A stretch of DNA of 64,000 nt from Pristiophorus japonicus (Eukaryota), in contig NC_091993.1 in assembly GCF_044704955.1 (NCBI RefSeq), forward strand, positions 117,118,001-117,182,000. The letters run 5' to 3'. Numbering within the stretch: the stretch's first letter is position 1; each line of letters begins with the position of its first letter. The notes below the pieces were generated by a model. The model made no database searches. It had not been told where the DNA came from and saw only the letters and a program-made list of their open reading frames with translations. A program made the translations under genes and the position numbers. This document shows, piece after piece, positions 61,178-64,000 of the stretch.

Positions 61178-61636
61178 CCGGTTGAACCTCCCTTATCCAG
61201 CACCCTGCAGACCTGGCCTGTCCCGAATGAGGGATTTTGCCGGATGAGGGGAGGTCACGTGTTTGGGTGGTCTGCGCCTTTAAGCGCTGTTGCTGGGGTT
61301 AGTGTGTGTGTGTGCTGATTGGCTGGACTGACTGTCAGTCAGTCAGTCCAGCCAATCAGTGTGCAGGGGGCCCAGCAGAGCTGGCGGGCCCAGAAGAGTC
61401 GGTCCGACGCCTCTCGGAGGGGGCGCTGCGGGGAGGAGCGGCGAGCTCGAAGATTGTGGCTGAAGGAGTTCCAGCAGGGTGACGAGGAGGAGGCAGCCGA
61501 TCGAGGAGAAAGATTATATTGGGGAGTAGGATTTTGACGGTCGCGATCTGCGCATGCGCCACCCAGCGGCCGGGAATGGTTCCGGACGAGGGGTGGTGCC
61601 GGATAAGGGAGTCCCGGATAAGAGCAGTTCAACCTG
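61178..61636. mobile_element. Tc1/mariner (Tigger/pogo-like) MITE
   Basis: Imperfect ~23-bp TIRs C(C/A)GGTTGAAC..CTTATCC, TA duplication; host frame QQI|TRIAE rejoins on removal. Confidence 0.85.
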
Positions 61637-62155
61637 TACTCGGATTGCTGAGGCGCTGCCTCGGGGGAACGGCAGTGACTCCATGGAGCATGAACCCGCT
61701 GTCCTCTCTCAGAATGACAACATTCGTACTGCCACCACTGCCGCTCTGCCAGAGCTGTTGACTGTCAGCCAGCCATCCCAGACTGCTGCCGCCCATGCCG
61801 AGGTGGTGCAGTCTACATTCGGGCCCTCTAGGCCCAGAGCTGCTTGAGGTTGTCCCTGCAAGGCCATCTGCAGCCCTTCCCACTGAAAGTCAGCAGCTTC
61901 CCATCAGCCCTGCTGCAGCCAAAGGTGCGGCACTCGGACAGGCAAAGGCACACAGAAGACAGGCGCTAAGGGAATGCACAAGGGTGACTAGTTGACTTTG
62001 TAGTATTGGATTGAATGATTACTAAATGTGGTATGGAAAGTTTGTTTTGTGGTGGCTTTCATTTCAGCATTGTGGCCAAGAGGATGCTGTGATGTTCCGT
62101 GACAGAGGGATGGTAAGGTGAGGAATTGTTGAGCAACGGGGGTCTGGGGATTCAT

Positions 62156-62955
62156 TCAGAGGAACCGGAGTCTGATGATGCCTGTCCGGAACGTGGATAT
62201 GCAGGCTGCCACCTCCCTTCCTCCTCCTCCCCCCCCTCCTCCTTCTCCTCCTCCTGAGTTGATCATAGAACCTGTGGTGGCAAAGGCTGCACCCTCATGA
62301 TGGCCAAGTTGTGGGGGATGCAGTAGACCACCACAAATTGGAACACCCGCTTCAGGCAAGTACTGGAGGGCTCCTCCCGAACGGTCAAGGCAGCGGAATC
62401 GTTGCTTCAGCACCCCGATGGTCTGCTCGATAATGTTCCTCGTGGCAGCATGCCTCTCCTTGCATGAGTGCTGGCCATGAGTGGCGGGGTTGTGGAGGGG
62501 GTCAACAGCTAGGTGTCAGAGCTGGTCTCCAGTCGTCTTGGTTAACCCTTGCCACTGGACCAAGACCTAGCTTGGCCACCACACGTTAAAAAAATCCACG
62601 CAAGGCATCTTCCACCCTTCAATATGTAGTTTGTTTCCTGGAATATCAGGTCCTTCATCGAAACACCTGTTTTTATTTCATATTTCCAGGATCTGCAGTA
62701 TTTTTCTGTGGAAGCAAATCATCCTCGATATGAGGGATCACCTAAGAGAGAGATGTAGAGCGAAGAATCCTTGTCACCTAGCAGCCACCCTCATATTCGA
62801 AGTGGTGGCTGGAAGATTGCTGGCACAATGGAATGGCGTGGGATGAAGGCATCATAACTGTTGCCAGGGTACCGGGCATTCACCATCATGGTGTGCTGGG
62901 TGTGGTTACACACCGACTGCTCATTAAGTGAGTGGTAGCCTTTGCAGTTACGGAA
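62156..62955 (-). pseudogene. Harbinger (HARBI1-like, DDE_Tnp_4) transposase C-terminal half
   Basis: FRNCKGYHSLN..VC..ARYPGNSYDAFI; HAATRNIIEQTIGVLKQRFRCL; (GGA)n tract typical of an acidic tail; interrupted at 62520-62745. Confidence 0.85.
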
Positions 62956-63315
62956 CAATAACAACAACTTATATTTATATAGCGCCTTTAACGTAGTAAA
63001 ACATCCCAAAGCGCTTCGCAGGAGTGTTATATGACCAGAAATATGACACCGAGCCACATCAGGGGAAATTAGGGCAGCTGACCAAAGGCTTGGTCACAGA
63101 GGTAGGTTTTAAGGAGAGGAAAGAGAGGTAGAGAGGCGGAGAGGCTTTGGCAGGGAGTTCCAGAGCTTGGGGCCAAGGCAACAGAAGGCACGGCCACCAG
63201 TGGTTGAACGATTCTAATCAGGTATGCTCAAGAGGTCAGAATTAGAGGAGCACCGAAATCTCGGAGGGTTGTGGGGCTGGAGGAGATTACAGAAATAGGG
63301 AGAGACGAGGCCCTG
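62956..63315 (-). mobile_element. L2-like LINE 3' end abutting the Harbinger transposase
   Basis: Same family as 48740-49058. Confidence 0.8.
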
Positions 63316-64000
63316 AAGTGCGAGGCCTGCCAGAGGTGAGCTGTTTCGTACTGAAAGGGGAGCGAGGAATAGCATTGTTGGCCACGAATGTCCTTATGCT
63401 ACCCTGTAATCATGCGGCATCAATGGCTGTGGTATCAAAATAGATAACCTGCTGCGACAATGTCTTCCGCAAAGCAGTTAAACCGCATTTCCTTTTATTA
63501 GGAGTAATCATACTCTGGTTTATTGTAAAACAATTTAATTTTGCGATAGTAGGTGACATAACAGAAAAATACAATTGATTTATAGGACAAAATAACAACA
63601 ACGACAGTAATGGAGCACAAAGAAATCGTGTTTTCAGTTTTTGTTATGAAGCTAATTTCTGACAGTGCATTTCTGGCAAGGAGCCTCAGCCACCAGGTGT
63701 GTGCATCGGAAGCATGGATGTTCTGCAAGCCCACAATTTTCTGACCAATACTTTAAACGATTGGGAAATGCTGCTTGAATTCCCAGCAAGGCTTTCCCAA
63801 CTGCTGAGCAAAAGGGCGCAGTCATAAAATGTCCCCAGGTATATATTCCATGAAATTCCATAGGGATTCTCCCAAGCTCCCAACTTTGACGGGATATTAG
63901 AGAAACTTCCGGACAAACGGCGTAAGGTTACTGCAGGAGATCCGGAGAACCCCTGAAGAATTTCCAGTCCATTGTACACATTGAAGATGCAGCCTCATGG

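Larger units (their letters stand above)
57541..61995 (+). pseudogene. Harbinger Myb/SANT-like DNA-binding protein gene (exons ~57541-57780, 58423-58582, 58746-61995 interrupted)
   Basis: RFSDAALENLVQ..RRHVL, WEQVA..VSA, WIQC-KK-NDL trihelix pattern; GT/AG sites; stops and frameshifts. Confidence 0.7.
57385..62955. mobile_element. Decayed autonomous-type PIF/Harbinger transposon (convergent Myb/SANT gene and transposase)
   Basis: Both characteristic genes recognisable; termini not resolved. Confidence 0.8.

Noticed and set aside
62156-62955. Domesticated HARBI1 host gene
   Set aside because: Frameshifted, interrupted by insertions and paired with a decayed Myb gene, as in a dead transposon

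Overview
Eukaryotic, repeat-rich genomic DNA, most likely from a shark or other cartilaginous fish (judged from DeuSINE/SacSINE1-like SINEs, abundant CR1, L2, RTE and Penelope elements; species not determinable). The window holds two tandem minus-strand spliced genes of the CD300/pIgR/TREM-like (MDIR-type) V-set Ig receptor family, which the ORF track shows only in fragments. Gene B was assembled by hand from six GT-AG exons with matching phases (48039-48000, 38555-38223, 37908-37872, 32439-32339, 27119-27064, 21750-21559). It encodes a complete 252-aa type I receptor: signal peptide, one V domain, ~13-aa stalk, uncharged TM, and a tail with three tyrosine motifs (VTYATV, PTYDNV, MEYSTI) arranged like mammalian CD300LF. 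Gene A (leader 13067-13019, V exons 1764-1435 and 541-218) has at least two tandem V domains and runs off the left edge. Much of the rest is transposon-derived: a near full-length CR1 with 13 tandem TATA-containing 58-bp monomers, a decayed two-gene Harbinger with nested insertions, a TIR element with an AT duplication, two solo LTRs and MITEs. Non-coding structure includes an inversion with inverted duplication of an EICE/kB/ETS-bearing segment in gene B intron 1 and a 132-nt hairpin in intron 5. Repeat boundaries are approximate unless a TSD or TIR is quoted.
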